Positions 17,874-28,084 of a stretch of DNA of 40,073 nucleotides are shown in pieces. This DNA is from Desulfobacterales bacterium (lineage in GTDB: Bacteria > Desulfobacterota > Desulfobacteria > Desulfobacterales > UBA11574): the NCBI GenBank assembly GCA_024641825.1, contig JAHECI010000005.1, positions 1 to 40,073 on the forward strand. The letters are read 5' to 3'. The position numbers were made by a program, and so were the translations under genes. The notes under the pieces were generated by a model. That model saw only the letters and a list, made by a program, of their open reading frames with translations, did no database searches and was not told where the DNA came from. Every line of letters starts with the position of its first letter. Positions within the stretch are counted from its first letter, which is position 1.

Positions 17874-18881
17874 TTGGAAAAAACCATAGAACAGATAAAA
17901 GAAGACGCGCTCAAGGAACTCGAACACGCATCTGACCCTGAAAGTATCAAGGCCATTTCTGTCCGGTATCTGGGCCGAAAGGGAGCAGTCACCGGGTATT
18001 TAAGGAATGTTTCACAACTGCCCAAAGAAATTCGGCCCACGGCGGGAAGAAAGGCCAACGAGACCAAAAAAACCCTTGAAGCATTATTCAAAAAAACCCT
18101 TAAACAACTTGAAGCATCCGCCGATGAAAAAGATGGCCGGTTGGATGTTTCGCTTCCCGGAAGAGTTGTCCCCCAAGGATCTCTGCATCCGATTACCCAA
18201 ATTGCCCAGCAGATCACCAACATTTTTATCCGGCTGGGATTTGACGTTGCGGAAGGGCCTGAGGTCGAAACCGATTATTACAACTTCGAAGCGCTGAATA
18301 TCCCTAAAAATCACCCTGCAAGAGATATGCAGGATACCTTTTATATATCCCAGAACATCGTTCTTAGAACCCATACCTCTCCGACGCAGCCCCGAATCAT
18401 GGAAAAGCAGAAACCTCCGGTAAGAATAATTTCACCGGGCAAGGTCTACCGTTGTGATTCCGATTTAACGCACACGCCCATGTTTCATCAGGTTGAAGGG
18501 CTTTTGGTGGATAAAAATATATCCTTCGGCGATCTTAAAGGTATTTTGACCACATTTGTCCACCAGATGTTCGACCCGGAAACCAGTCTCAGATTCAGGC
18601 CCAGCTTTTTCCCCTTTACCGAACCGAGTGCCGAAGTCGATATTCGGTGCGTTATCTGCAGAGGCGATGGATGCAGAGTATGTTCAAAAACCGGTTGGCT
18701 GGAGGTCCTCGGTTCCGGCATGGTTCACCCGGCAGTGTTTGAAAATGTCGGTTACGACACCACCCGCTATTCCGGTTTTGCGTTCGGTATGGGGGTGGAA
18801 CGGATTGCCATGCTGAAATACGGGATTGATGATATTCGAAAATACTTTCAAAATGATCTAAGATTTTTAAGGCAGTTTTAA
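17874..18881 (+). CDS. pheS: Phenylalanine--tRNA ligase alpha subunit (TTG start)
   Basis: HPARDMQDTFY, LRTHTSP, FHQVEGL, FPFTEPSAE and GFAFGMGVERIAM. Confidence 0.98.
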   Translation: MEKTIEQIKEDALKELEHASDPESIKAISVRYLGRKGAVTGYLRNVSQLPKEIRPTAGRKANETKKTLEALFKKTLKQLEASADEKDGRLDVSLPGRVVPQGSLHPITQIAQQITNIFIRLGFDVAEGPEVETDYYNFEALNIPKNHPARDMQDTFYISQNIVLRTHTSPTQPRIMEKQKPPVRIISPGKVYRCDSDLTHTPMFHQVEGLLVDKNISFGDLKGILTTFVHQMFDPETSLRFRPSFFPFTEPSAEVDIRCVICRGDGCRVCSKTGWLEVLGSGMVHPAVFENVGYDTTRYSGFAFGMGVERIAMLKYGIDDIRKYFQNDLRFLRQF

Positions 18882-18882
18882 C

Positions 18883-21303
18883 ATGAAGGTCAGTTTAAAC
18901 TGGGTAAAAGAATACGTTAACGTGGATATGGATCCAAATGATCTGGCGGATGCACTCACCATGGCCGGGCTTGAAGTTGAAGCTGTTTCAGACCGTTACG
19001 ATTATTTGAACCGTGTTGTCATCGGCCGGATAACCACCGTTGAACCCCATCCGAATGCCGACACGCTGAAACTCTGCCGTGTAGACGTCGGTGAGCGTGT
19101 CGTCACCGTTGTTTGTGGCGCACCCAATGTCAAAAAGGATATGCTGGCCCCGTGTGCGCTGCCCGGCGCGTGTTTCCCAAAAGGGCCGGTGCTTAAAAAA
19201 ACCAGCATCCGGGGAGAGACTTCGGAAGGGATGCTCTGCAGCGAAGTCGAATTGGGACTCGGCATCAACAGTGACGGCATCATGGAACTTGGCAATAATC
19301 TTTCGGTGGGGGATCCCCTCAACAAGGCCCTGGATCTGTCAGACCCCGTGTTCGAAATAGACCTGACCCCCAACAGACCCGACTGCCTCAGCATCATTGG
19401 AACGGCTCGGGAAATTGCGGCATTCCAGAATAAAAAGGTGTCATATCCTGAAATTTTATTGCCTGAATCCTTTGATGATATTTCCAATCATACCTCTGTT
19501 ACACTCATGGCCCCCGACCTTTGTCCGAGATATGCCGCCAGTCTTATTTTTGATATCACCGTTGGACCGTCTCCAATCTGGCTTCAAGATCGGCTGGTTT
19601 CAGTGGGATTGAAACCCATCAACAATGTGGTCGACATCACCAACTTCGTCATGATGGAGACCGGCCAGCCGCTCCATGCCTTTGACTTTGACCACCTTGC
19701 CGAAAACCGCATTGTGGTTCGGGCCGCCGGCCAGGATGAACCCTTTGTCACCCTGGATGGAAAAGAACGCCGTCTGGACCCGGAAATGCTGATGATTTGT
19801 GACGGTGAAAAGCCCGTTGCCCTGGCAGGTGTAATGGGGGGACTCAATTCGGAAGTCGAAAACACCACCACAAGGATTCTCCTTGAAAGCGCATATTTTG
19901 ACCCGGTTTGCATTCGAAAAACATCTAAAAAAACAGGGTTGAATACCGATGCATCTCACCGTTTCGAACGGGGGGTCGATCACGGCGGTACCCTCACCGC
20001 CTTAAAGCGTGCGACACAACTCATTGTCGAAATCGGCGGCGGCAAGCTCGTTAACGGAATCATCGACGAATACCCAAATCCTTTTTCTGAAAAAACCATC
20101 GAATTCAACGGCACGGATTTAAATCGACATCTGGGCACCCATCTCCCTATAGATGATATCGGAAACTACTTAAAATCCATTGAATTTGAAGTTGAAACAA
20201 TAGACGCCGACCGACTTCGGGTAATCCCGCCATCCTGCAGGGTCGATATCTCCAGATTTGAAGATATTTCCGAAGAGATTGCACGGCTATACGGCTATAA
20301 CAATATCGAAACAACATTTCCGTTGATACCGGCCGAAGCATTCCATCCGTCAAAAAAAATCGAAGCCAGAAATCGAATCAAATTCCTGATGACGGGACTG
20401 GGGTTCAACGAAGCCATAAATTACAGTTTTGTCAGCGAAGGATCCTGCGACCTCCTCGAACTCGCCCCCGATGATCCCAGAAGGCAGATGGTGGGGATAT
20501 TAAATCCCCTGTCCGAAGATCAGTCGGTGATGCGTACGTCTCTGGTTCCCGGGCTTCTTGAAACCATGAAGTACAATTTGTCGGTACAAAATAAAAATCT
20601 AAAGCTGTTTGAGATTGGCAAGGTCTTTATCGACACGGGCGAGGAAGATGCACAGCCGAATGAGATTGAAATGATTTCAGGACTATGGACCGGAACCGCC
20701 TTCGATATGGCCTGGTTTTCCAAAGCAATCGATTGTGATTTTTTTGACTTAAAAGGCGTGGTTGAACAACTGTTAGAGAAGCTGGGGGTTGTGGATACCA
20801 TCTTCACACGAATGCCGCCCGCATCTTGTTTTTATACGAAACCCGGCGCTACGGCTCAAATTTTCGTTAACAACGAGTCCATGGGGCTTTTGGGAGAATT
20901 GCACCCTAAGGTACTTGCCAATTACGACTTGAAGCAAACAGCCTTTATTTTTGAACTTGACCTCGACCGGCTCATTCAGTTATTATCGGATGAAAAGCTC
21001 GCCCGTCCCATCCCGAAATATCCGGCAACATCTAGGGATATTACCCTTATTATTGATAAAAACGTTGAGGCACACAAGATCATTCAAACCGTTAAAGGGC
21101 TTGACGAGGAATTGGTGGAAACCATACACCTCTTTGATGTTTTTGAAGGAAGCCCGATTCCTGAAAAAAGAAAAAGTGTTTCATTGAGAATAACTTACAG
21201 ATCTTTAGATGAAACTTTGGAAGATATCCGGATAAATCATATTCACACGAGCGTGACCCAGCTCCTGGTGGAAAAGTTTGATGCCACCCTGCCGGCCAAA
21301 TAA
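18883..21303 (+). CDS. pheT: Phenylalanine--tRNA ligase beta subunit
   Basis: HPNAD.L, VCGAPNV, DLTPNRPDCLS, GQPLHAFD, RFERGVD and a C-terminal FDX-ACB domain. Confidence 0.98.
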   Translation: MKVSLNWVKEYVNVDMDPNDLADALTMAGLEVEAVSDRYDYLNRVVIGRITTVEPHPNADTLKLCRVDVGERVVTVVCGAPNVKKDMLAPCALPGACFPKGPVLKKTSIRGETSEGMLCSEVELGLGINSDGIMELGNNLSVGDPLNKALDLSDPVFEIDLTPNRPDCLSIIGTAREIAAFQNKKVSYPEILLPESFDDISNHTSVTLMAPDLCPRYAASLIFDITVGPSPIWLQDRLVSVGLKPINNVVDITNFVMMETGQPLHAFDFDHLAENRIVVRAAGQDEPFVTLDGKERRLDPEMLMICDGEKPVALAGVMGGLNSEVENTTTRILLESAYFDPVCIRKTSKKTGLNTDASHRFERGVDHGGTLTALKRATQLIVEIGGGKLVNGIIDEYPNPFSEKTIEFNGTDLNRHLGTHLPIDDIGNYLKSIEFEVETIDADRLRVIPPSCRVDISRFEDISEEIARLYGYNNIETTFPLIPAEAFHPSKKIEARNRIKFLMTGLGFNEAINYSFVSEGSCDLLELAPDDPRRQMVGILNPLSEDQSVMRTSLVPGLLETMKYNLSVQNKNLKLFEIGKVFIDTGEEDAQPNEIEMISGLWTGTAFDMAWFSKAIDCDFFDLKGVVEQLLEKLGVVDTIFTRMPPASCFYTKPGATAQIFVNNESMGLLGELHPKVLANYDLKQTAFIFELDLDRLIQLLSDEKLARPIPKYPATSRDITLIIDKNVEAHKIIQTVKGLDEELVETIHLFDVFEGSPIPEKRKSVSLRITYRSLDETLEDIRINHIHTSVTQLLVEKFDATLPAK

Positions 21304-21381
21304 CCTTTGTTAAGGCACTTAACCCGAGACGCGGGAAAACCGATTCGTTTTCCGGTCGTTTACAAAACCGGCAACTTCAAG

Positions 21382-21729
21382 ATGCAAAACACCCCATCTT
21401 TTCAAAAAGAATTGCCAAACAAACTCTACTTCAAAGTCGGAGAAGTCAGTGCCCTCGTCGGTGTTCCGGCCTATGTCCTTAGATTTTGGGAATCTGAGTT
21501 CAAAAAGATTAACCCCAAACGGACGCCTTCGGGACAGAGACTGTATCGGAAAAGAGATGTTGAGCTGATTTTGAAGATCAAGCATCTCTTGTATGAAAAA
21601 AAATTTACGATTCAAGGCGCAAAACAACACTTGAAAATAGCCCCCCCTGAGGAAAAAATAAAACCATCCGTTAACACCCTCGAGGAAATCCGCCTGGAAC
21701 TGAAAAAAATCCGCGATCTTTTAACTTAA
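21382..21729 (+). CDS. MerR-family HTH transcriptional regulator
   Basis: PNKLYFKVGEVS...VLRFWESEF....P.RT.SGQRLY; typical position after pheT. Start placed at ATG 21382. Confidence 0.9.
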   Translation: MQNTPSFQKELPNKLYFKVGEVSALVGVPAYVLRFWESEFKKINPKRTPSGQRLYRKRDVELILKIKHLLYEKKFTIQGAKQHLKIAPPEEKIKPSVNTLEEIRLELKKIRDLLT

Positions 21730-21783
21730 TCTCTATCAATTCTAATTTGCTAAAAAAACGCAAAAATTTATTATTGAAAAATA

Positions 21784-21812
21784 TTGACAATGAATATTTT
21801 TTGTAATAATTT
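21784..21812 (+). promoter_or_regulatory. Sigma70-type promoter for tRNA-Gly
   Basis: TTGACA, 17 nt, TAATTT, ending 16 nt before the tRNA. Confidence 0.65.
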
Positions 21813-21827
21813 TACTTTCGTTAGTTA

Positions 21828-21902
21828 GCGGGCATAACTCAGTGGTAGAGTACAAGCTTCCCAAGCTTGGAGTCGCGAGTTCAAATCTCGTTGCCCGCTC
21901 CA
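21828..21902 (+). tRNA. tRNA-Gly (anticodon CCC)
   Basis: Acceptor stem GCGGGCA/TGCCCGC, D-arm CTCAGTGGTAGAG, anticodon arm CAAGC-TTCCCAA-GCTTG, GTTCAAATC T-loop, discriminator T and encoded CCA. Confidence 0.97.
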
Positions 21903-21933
21903 TTAAAAGGTCGCCTTTTTATTATAAAGGTTA

Positions 21934-22152
21934 GAGGCCATTGAAACGTGTTCAATTGTGTTCAAGACCACGGCCGGTTCTGAGGAATTTGCAGAACTGG
22001 AAAGCTGTCAAGCTTACCGAAAGGGCGAAGGGCATAAAAGGCCCCGAGTCGACGCGGAAATTTTAACCGCAGGAATTTATGGAGTATCTTAAGGATTAAA
22101 ATTTGAGACTGACACAGGGATTGAACGGAAGGGAACGTTTTTCAAAGACCTC
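21934..22152. mobile_element. MITE-like element, family C, just downstream of tRNA-Gly
   Basis: Imperfect TIR GAGGCCATTGAAACGTGTTC / GAACGTTTTTCAAAGACCTC; flanks GGTTA and GGTTG (4/5 direct repeat); internal palindrome AAATTTTAACC...GGATTAAAATTT. Single copy in this window. Confidence 0.5.
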
Positions 22153-22271
22153 GGTTGCCGAGTGTAGATTTTGGCAATGTACGTATGGTTTGGATTTAAT
22201 TTTTTTCTCATGGGTAATTAAATGAACAGGTAACGTTTTCTATCCACCATAAGATCTACCTGAATGAGAAG

Positions 22272-22293
22272 AAACGGGCGACAGCCCGTTTTT
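22272..22293 (+). promoter_or_regulatory. rimP leader GGGC/GCCC terminator-like hairpin
   Basis: AAACGGGC-GACA-GCCCGTTTTT directly upstream of rimP-nusA-infB; matches the widely conserved rimP leader motif. Confidence 0.75.
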
Positions 22294-22324
22294 GCATTTT
22301 TTTGGGGCGAAAGTTAAAAGGCCA

Positions 22325-22873
22325 TTGAACGGTCAAAGGAAAAAGAAAGGAAAACCGCGACAAAACGTCAAGGGCAAACCCCAGGCGCCTGACCATCGGT
22401 CTTTGGCCAATGAGAAGAAAATGGTCGCCCGGGTAACAGATTTGCTCGAACCGTTGTTCTCCGCCGAGGGGATGGAATTGGTTTGCGTCGAGTATCAGCG
22501 CGAGCCGGGGGGCAGGACACTCCGTCTTTACATCGACAGGCCCGGCGGGGTAACCCTTGATGATTGCGCATATATCAGCCGTCAATCGAACGATCTGCTG
22601 GATGTATATTTAGAAAATACCGGACCCTATCGTCTGGAAGTTTCGTCGCCCGGGCCGAATCGACCGCTGGCGAAAAAAACGGATTTTGAGAAATTCAAAG
22701 GGAATCGCGTGCAGGTCCGAACCGGTCGTCCCATTGACGGTAAAAATAAATTCAAAGGTGTATTGTTGGGCATTTCGGAAGATCAGGTAAATTTGTCGAT
22801 CAATGATCAAACCGTAAAGATTCCCCACGAGGAAATTATAATGGCCCGGCTAATTGACAAAGGGATACCATAA
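22325..22873 (+). CDS. rimP: Ribosome maturation factor RimP
   Basis: LRLYIDRPGGVTLDDC and YRLEVSSPG.NRPL. Start uncertain (TTG 22325 or ATG 22421); the track's 22292 start overlaps the leader hairpin. Confidence 0.93.
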   Translation: MNGQRKKKGKPRQNVKGKPQAPDHRSLANEKKMVARVTDLLEPLFSAEGMELVCVEYQREPGGRTLRLYIDRPGGVTLDDCAYISRQSNDLLDVYLENTGPYRLEVSSPGPNRPLAKKTDFEKFKGNRVQVRTGRPIDGKNKFKGVLLGISEDQVNLSINDQTVKIPHEEIIMARLIDKGIP

Positions 22874-23011
22874 ATTTATACGCCGCCGACAATGAACCCG
22901 TCAAACGTCTTTTGCCAGGGATATTGAGCACCCAAATGTGCACGGCGCGCAAAACAGACGATTTGTCAAACTGTTATGTGTGGGTGGAATAAATAATATT
23001 GGAGAAAATGA

Positions 23012-24436
23012 ATGTTTATCTCGGATATCAAACGTGTCGTCGAACAGGTGAGTCGAGACAAGGGGATTGATCGTGACATACTCATCAAGGCCCTTGAAGA
23101 GGCACTGGGATCTGCCGCAAGAAAAAAATTCGGAAGCAAGGTCGATGTCGAAGTTCAATACAATGAATCGACCGGTGAAATCGAGGTCTTCCAGTTCAAG
23201 GAGGTTGCGGAGGTTGTGACAGAACCCGACCTTCAAATCACCCTTGAAGAGGGACGCAAGTTGGATCCGGAATGTGAAATCGGCGACAGCCTCGGAACAA
23301 AAATGGACACCGCCACCTTTGGTCGTATTGCCGCACAGTCCGCCAAGCAGGTCATCATACAAAAAATGAAGGATGCGGAACGGGATGCGGTCTACGCCGG
23401 TTTTATCGACCGAAAGGGTGAAATTATAAACGGAATTGTCCAACGTTTCGACCGGGGTGATATTATTGTTAATCTGGGGCAAACCGAAGGCGTCCTTCCG
23501 AGCCGGGAACAAATCCCCAAGGAATCCTATCGACGGGGGGATCGAATCCGGGCGCTCATCATGGACGTACTTCATGACACCCGGGGCCCGCAGATCATTC
23601 TTTCGAGAACGCATCCTGAATTTCTGATTTCACTTTTTAAAACAGAGGTGCCCGAAATTAATGAAGGGATCGTTACCATTATGGGTGCGGCTCGGGAACC
23701 TGGAGTTCGGGCAAAATTTTCGGTGACGTCAAACGATTCCGATATAGACCCGGTGGGCGCCTGTGTCGGCATGAAAGGCAGCCGTGTTCAGAACGTGGTT
23801 CAGGAACTCAGGGGTGAAAAAATAGATATTATACCCTGGCATATCGACCCTGCAAAATTTGTGTGCAAGGCCCTTTCACCCGCTGAAATATCCAGAGTGA
23901 TTATCGATGAGGAACATAATTCCATGGAGGTCATTGTTCCGGATGAATTCCTTTCAATCGCCATCGGGAAAAAAGGACAAAACGTCCGGCTGGCGTCGAA
24001 ACTGACGAAATGGCATCTTGATGTCATCAGTGAAACACGATACAGCAATGCCATGCAAGACGGATACGACTCCCTTGTATCGCTGCCGGAGGTTGGAATT
24101 AGTTTGGCGGACGCACTGTATGAAAAGGGCTTTTTTTCTGCAGAGGAACTCAGCAAGGCTTCTGTGGAAGATCTAACCCATATTAGAGATATTACCGAAG
24201 AAGACGCCATCCAACTTATTAAAACCGCGAAAGCCCATATGGTGAGGAAGGTGGATGACGTCGATAAAGCATCCAAGGCGGCTTTGGCCGACGAAAAAGA
24301 CAATGACCATGGCGCTTCAGAGGGTTCGGATGTGCCCAATGGGTCCGAAGAAAAATCGATGGATGACGAAAGTACATCCGGACACGTCTTACCTTCGGAT
24401 AATGAGGGATCAGATCCCATCGATCCGAAAGAATAA
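23012..24436 (+). CDS. nusA: Transcription termination/antitermination factor NusA
   Basis: FGRIAAQSAKQVIIQK, DPVGACVGMKGSRVQ, AIGKKGQNVRLAS; HhH region and acidic tail. Confidence 0.98.
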   Translation: MFISDIKRVVEQVSRDKGIDRDILIKALEEALGSAARKKFGSKVDVEVQYNESTGEIEVFQFKEVAEVVTEPDLQITLEEGRKLDPECEIGDSLGTKMDTATFGRIAAQSAKQVIIQKMKDAERDAVYAGFIDRKGEIINGIVQRFDRGDIIVNLGQTEGVLPSREQIPKESYRRGDRIRALIMDVLHDTRGPQIILSRTHPEFLISLFKTEVPEINEGIVTIMGAAREPGVRAKFSVTSNDSDIDPVGACVGMKGSRVQNVVQELRGEKIDIIPWHIDPAKFVCKALSPAEISRVIIDEEHNSMEVIVPDEFLSIAIGKKGQNVRLASKLTKWHLDVISETRYSNAMQDGYDSLVSLPEVGISLADALYEKGFFSAEELSKASVEDLTHIRDITEEDAIQLIKTAKAHMVRKVDDVDKASKAALADEKDNDHGASEGSDVPNGSEEKSMDDESTSGHVLPSDNEGSDPIDPKE

Positions 24437-24540
24437 CGCTCTTGCTAAAGCATACAAAAGCTGTAAATAAAAAGAATTCGATTAAGGGGAAAAACCTCCT
24501 TCGAGGATTTCCTCTCAATTTTAACCAATAGGGGGGATGG

Positions 24541-27252
24541 ATGGCAAAGATCAGAGTATATGAGCTTGCCAGGGATCTTAACATGACCAATAAAGTGCTG
24601 CTCGATAAGGTGCGGAATATGGACATTGAAGTAAAAAGCCATATGAGTTCTCTGGATGACGATACGGTGGCTAAGATCAAAAAAAATATTCTTGGGATAT
24701 CGGCCAAGGAGATAGAAGAAACGCGTATAAAGCCGACGATCATCCGGAGACGCAAAAAACGCGTCCCAAAAGCGCCCCTTCGTGTAGAAGCGGATGCAGC
24801 ACCGGAATCTCTGCCCGAAGAACCAGAAATTGCGGATCAACCCGCTGAAAAAGTTCTTAAAGATAAAGAACCCGTGGTCGAAAAAGAACCCCAAGAGGAG
24901 AAAAAGCAAGACGCCGCTGTGATGGCACCTGAGGTGACAGCGACCCCAGAACAAAAACCCCTGGAAAAAGTTGATGTTCCTCAAGACAATGTTACACCCA
25001 TCGCCCTTACCAAAGAGGAAGAAAAACCCGAAAAACCGGTTGAGTCGAAACTTAAAAAACCAGCGGTTGTCAAGCCGTTAAAACCCAAGAAGCGACCCAA
25101 AAGATTCCCAAAAGATACGCCGGCAAAAATCATAAAACTCCCTGTGGCACCGCCGCCTGAGAAAAAAGCGCCTGAGATCAAAAAAGAACGGGTTTCTGTG
25201 CTTAAAGAGAAAGTGGCAGACATACCTGAAACGTTAACAGGCAGGCCTGAACCCAGACCACCCGTTGTAGACGTACCAGGAAAAGACAAAAAAAAGAAGG
25301 TGAAACCGGAACCTAAGGATGTAGAAAGTCCCCGGGATAAAAAATTCTTCAAAAAGAAAATTTCCTTCCGTAAAAAGGAGGTTGTCGAAGGGGCGGATCT
25401 ATACACCCGAGCGCATCGGACTCGCAAAGGCCGGAAAATGGCCAAGGGAAAAGCAACGGTAACCAAGCAAAAACCGTTGATAACCATCCCCAAAGCCATT
25501 AAACGCCGGGTAAAAATTGACGACACCATCGCCCTGTCTGATCTGGCAAAACGCATGGGGATAAAAGCCAGTGAAATGATCAAAAAACTAATGGACCTGG
25601 GGGTGATGGCAACGGTCAATCAAATCATCGACTTTGATACCGCTGTCCTTGTGGCGGCAGAATTCGATTATGAACTGGAAAGAGCCACTTTTGAAGAAGA
25701 CCTGGTGTTGAAGGTTGAAAAGGACGACCCCGACAAACTCATAACCATACCGCCGGTGGTGACCATCATGGGACATGTGGATCATGGTAAGACATCGCTT
25801 CTCGATGTGATCCGGAAAACCAAAGTCACCGAACATGAGGCCGGAGGTATTACCCAACACATCGGAGCCTATCATGTCGTCACCAATAAAGGACAGGTTG
25901 TCTTTCTGGATACGCCGGGGCATGAAGCGTTTACTGAAATGCGATCCCGGGGCGCCAAGATTACGGACTTGGTGATTCTGGTCGTTGCCGCCGACGACGG
26001 CGTCATGCCCCAGACCGTGGAAGCGATCAACCACGCCAAGGTCGCGGGAGTGCCGATCATTGTGGCCATCAATAAAATTGACAAACCGGACGCCAATCCC
26101 GAGCGTGTCCAGCGTGAACTTGCCGATGTCGGCCTGGTGCCTGAGGATTGGGGGGGCGATACCATCTTTGTCCAGGTTTCTGCCAAGGAGAATCGGGGGA
26201 TCGACGATCTTCTTGAAATGGTGATCCTCCAGGCTGAAATCTTGGAACTCAAAGCCGACCCGGACCGCCTGGCCCAGGGCCACGTGGTTGAATCCAAGCT
26301 GGATGCAGGCAGAGGCCCTGTTGCCACTGTCCTGGTGAAACAAGGGACCCTTAGGCTCCACGACTCTGTGGTCTGCGGGATACACTACGGTAAAATCCGT
26401 GCCTTGCTCAACGACAGAGGGAAGCAGGTAACGTCTGCCGGTCCGTCCATGCCGGTGGAAATCATCGGTCTTTCCGGTGTTCCCAACGCCGGAGATGAAA
26501 TGATTGCCCTGGCAGACGAGAAAGATGCAAAGCAGGTGAGTGCCCATCGGAGTCAGAAGCAGCGATCCAAAGAATTGGCCAAAACCAGCAGATTAAGCCT
26601 GGAAAAACTTTATGAGCAGCTGCAGGAAAATGAGGTCAAAGATCTGAACCTCATCATAAAGGCCGATGTTCACGGTTCCATCGAGGCCCTTACCGATGCA
26701 TTGACAAAACTTTCCAACGAGGAAGTCCGAATCAGTGTGATCCACTCCGCCACCGGCGCCTTGAACGAATCGGATATCTCACTGGCCGCCGTTTCCGATG
26801 CCATCATTATCGGTTTCAATGTCCGTCCGAGTTCAAAAATTCAGACGCTGGCCAGTGAAGAGAATGTAGATATACGCTTTTATAACATCATTTACAATGT
26901 CATCAAGGACATCAAGGGCGCCATCGTCGGCATGATGGCGTCTACCTTTGAAGAAAGGACCCTGGGCAGGGCTGAAGTGCGGGAAGTATTCCACATCCCC
27001 AAAGTCGGAACCGTCGCAGGCTGCTATGTAACCGACGGCAAAATCGAGCGGGGACAGCTGGCCCGAATCCTGAGAGATTGGGTGGTTTCTTATGAAGGCA
27101 AAATTGCTTCCCTTCGGCATTTCAAAGACGACACCAAAGAAGTACAAAGCGGCTATGAGTGCGGAATCGGAATTAAAAATTACAATGATATCAAAATTGG
27201 CGATATCATCGAATGCTACTACTTGGAAGAGATTAAGCCTGAACTCGAATAG
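24541..27252 (+). CDS. infB: Translation initiation factor IF-2
   Basis: [35 protein letters not shown] and GYECGIGI. Confidence 0.99.
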   Translation: MAKIRVYELARDLNMTNKVLLDKVRNMDIEVKSHMSSLDDDTVAKIKKNILGISAKEIEETRIKPTIIRRRKKRVPKAPLRVEADAAPESLPEEPEIADQPAEKVLKDKEPVVEKEPQEEKKQDAAVMAPEVTATPEQKPLEKVDVPQDNVTPIALTKEEEKPEKPVESKLKKPAVVKPLKPKKRPKRFPKDTPAKIIKLPVAPPPEKKAPEIKKERVSVLKEKVADIPETLTGRPEPRPPVVDVPGKDKKKKVKPEPKDVESPRDKKFFKKKISFRKKEVVEGADLYTRAHRTRKGRKMAKGKATVTKQKPLITIPKAIKRRVKIDDTIALSDLAKRMGIKASEMIKKLMDLGVMATVNQIIDFDTAVLVAAEFDYELERATFEEDLVLKVEKDDPDKLITIPPVVTIMGHVDHGKTSLLDVIRKTKVTEHEAGGITQHIGAYHVVTNKGQVVFLDTPGHEAFTEMRSRGAKITDLVILVVAADDGVMPQTVEAINHAKVAGVPIIVAINKIDKPDANPERVQRELADVGLVPEDWGGDTIFVQVSAKENRGIDDLLEMVILQAEILELKADPDRLAQGHVVESKLDAGRGPVATVLVKQGTLRLHDSVVCGIHYGKIRALLNDRGKQVTSAGPSMPVEIIGLSGVPNAGDEMIALADEKDAKQVSAHRSQKQRSKELAKTSRLSLEKLYEQLQENEVKDLNLIIKADVHGSIEALTDALTKLSNEEVRISVIHSATGALNESDISLAAVSDAIIIGFNVRPSSKIQTLASEENVDIRFYNIIYNVIKDIKGAIVGMMASTFEERTLGRAEVREVFHIPKVGTVAGCYVTDGKIERGQLARILRDWVVSYEGKIASLRHFKDDTKEVQSGYECGIGIKNYNDIKIGDIIECYYLEEIKPELE

Positions 27253-27419
27253 GGTCCCATGGACCTGCGCCCGTGCTCCGCGGCCAACTTTGGATAGATG
27301 CCGTTATTGGGAGTTTGTTTATAAATTTTGTGTTTTTTGGTTTCAATGGCTCCGGATTGGACGTAATGAGCGATCCAGAAAAAGCGTCGAATGTTCTCGA
27401 AGACAGTGAGCGTACGATT

Positions 27420-27707
27420 ATGGTTGCAGGCTTAGGGATCATCACATTTAGACTGCATGACTGCCGCTCTTTAAAAGGTAAGCGCAAGGTTGTAAAATCG
27501 ATTATCGCTCAGTTGCGCAATCATTTTAATGTTTCGGTGGCCGAGGTTGGCGCCAACGATATCCACCAAAAGGCTGTAATAGGATTCGCCATGGTGGGGA
27601 ATAATCGAGGGGTCATCAACTCCAAAATAGACAAAATTTTCAATCTGGTGGATGATCTGAATCTGGCGGAGGTCGTCGACAGTGAAATGGAAATTATCAA
27701 TCTATGA
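27420..27707 (+). CDS. DUF503 (YlxP-like) protein
   Basis: SLKGKRKVVKSII..LRNHFNVSVAEV; conserved position between infB and rbfA. Start placed at ATG 27420. Confidence 0.9.
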   Translation: MVAGLGIITFRLHDCRSLKGKRKVVKSIIAQLRNHFNVSVAEVGANDIHQKAVIGFAMVGNNRGVINSKIDKIFNLVDDLNLAEVVDSEMEIINL

Positions 27708-28084
27708 AACCATTTGCACGATCTGACAGAGTGTGCGGTCACATACATAAAGTGCTGTCGGATGTTTTGCTCAAAAGAATTAAAGATCCTCGTCTTAAAT
27801 CCGCGACCATTACAGACGTAAAGATGTCGCGAGATTTAAGGGTTGCCCGGATCTACTTCACGACAACCGGCAATAAAAAAAGTGTCGAAGAAGCGATTGA
27901 AGGATTTAAAAGCGCCATCGGATATGTAAAACGCACGTTGGCCGGTCAGCTGGGATTACGGTATATGCCGGAGCTTAGATTTTTTTACGATGAATCCTTT
28001 GATTACGGGTCACATATCGATAAAATTTTGAAGGATGTCAAAGCGGATGATGGACTTAATCATACGTCACTTGAAGAAGAGTAG
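27704..28084 (+). CDS. rbfA: 30S ribosome-binding factor A
   Basis: IKDPRL...TITDV.MSRDLRVARIY...LRYMPELRFFYDES. Confidence 0.96.
   Translation: MKPFARSDRVCGHIHKVLSDVLLKRIKDPRLKSATITDVKMSRDLRVARIYFTTTGNKKSVEEAIEGFKSAIGYVKRTLAGQLGLRYMPELRFFYDESFDYGSHIDKILKDVKADDGLNHTSLEEE

Noticed and set aside
21903-22270. Prophage or genomic island integrated at tRNA-Gly
   Set aside because: No integrase and no duplicated tRNA 3' end in the window; core genes resume at once.
25588-26547. Long antisense ORFs (319 aa here; also 6768-7382, 7581-8150, 13577-14194, 22901-23614, 31832-32470)
   Set aside because: They lie entirely opposite highly conserved genes, have no recognisable motifs, and are typical shadow ORFs.
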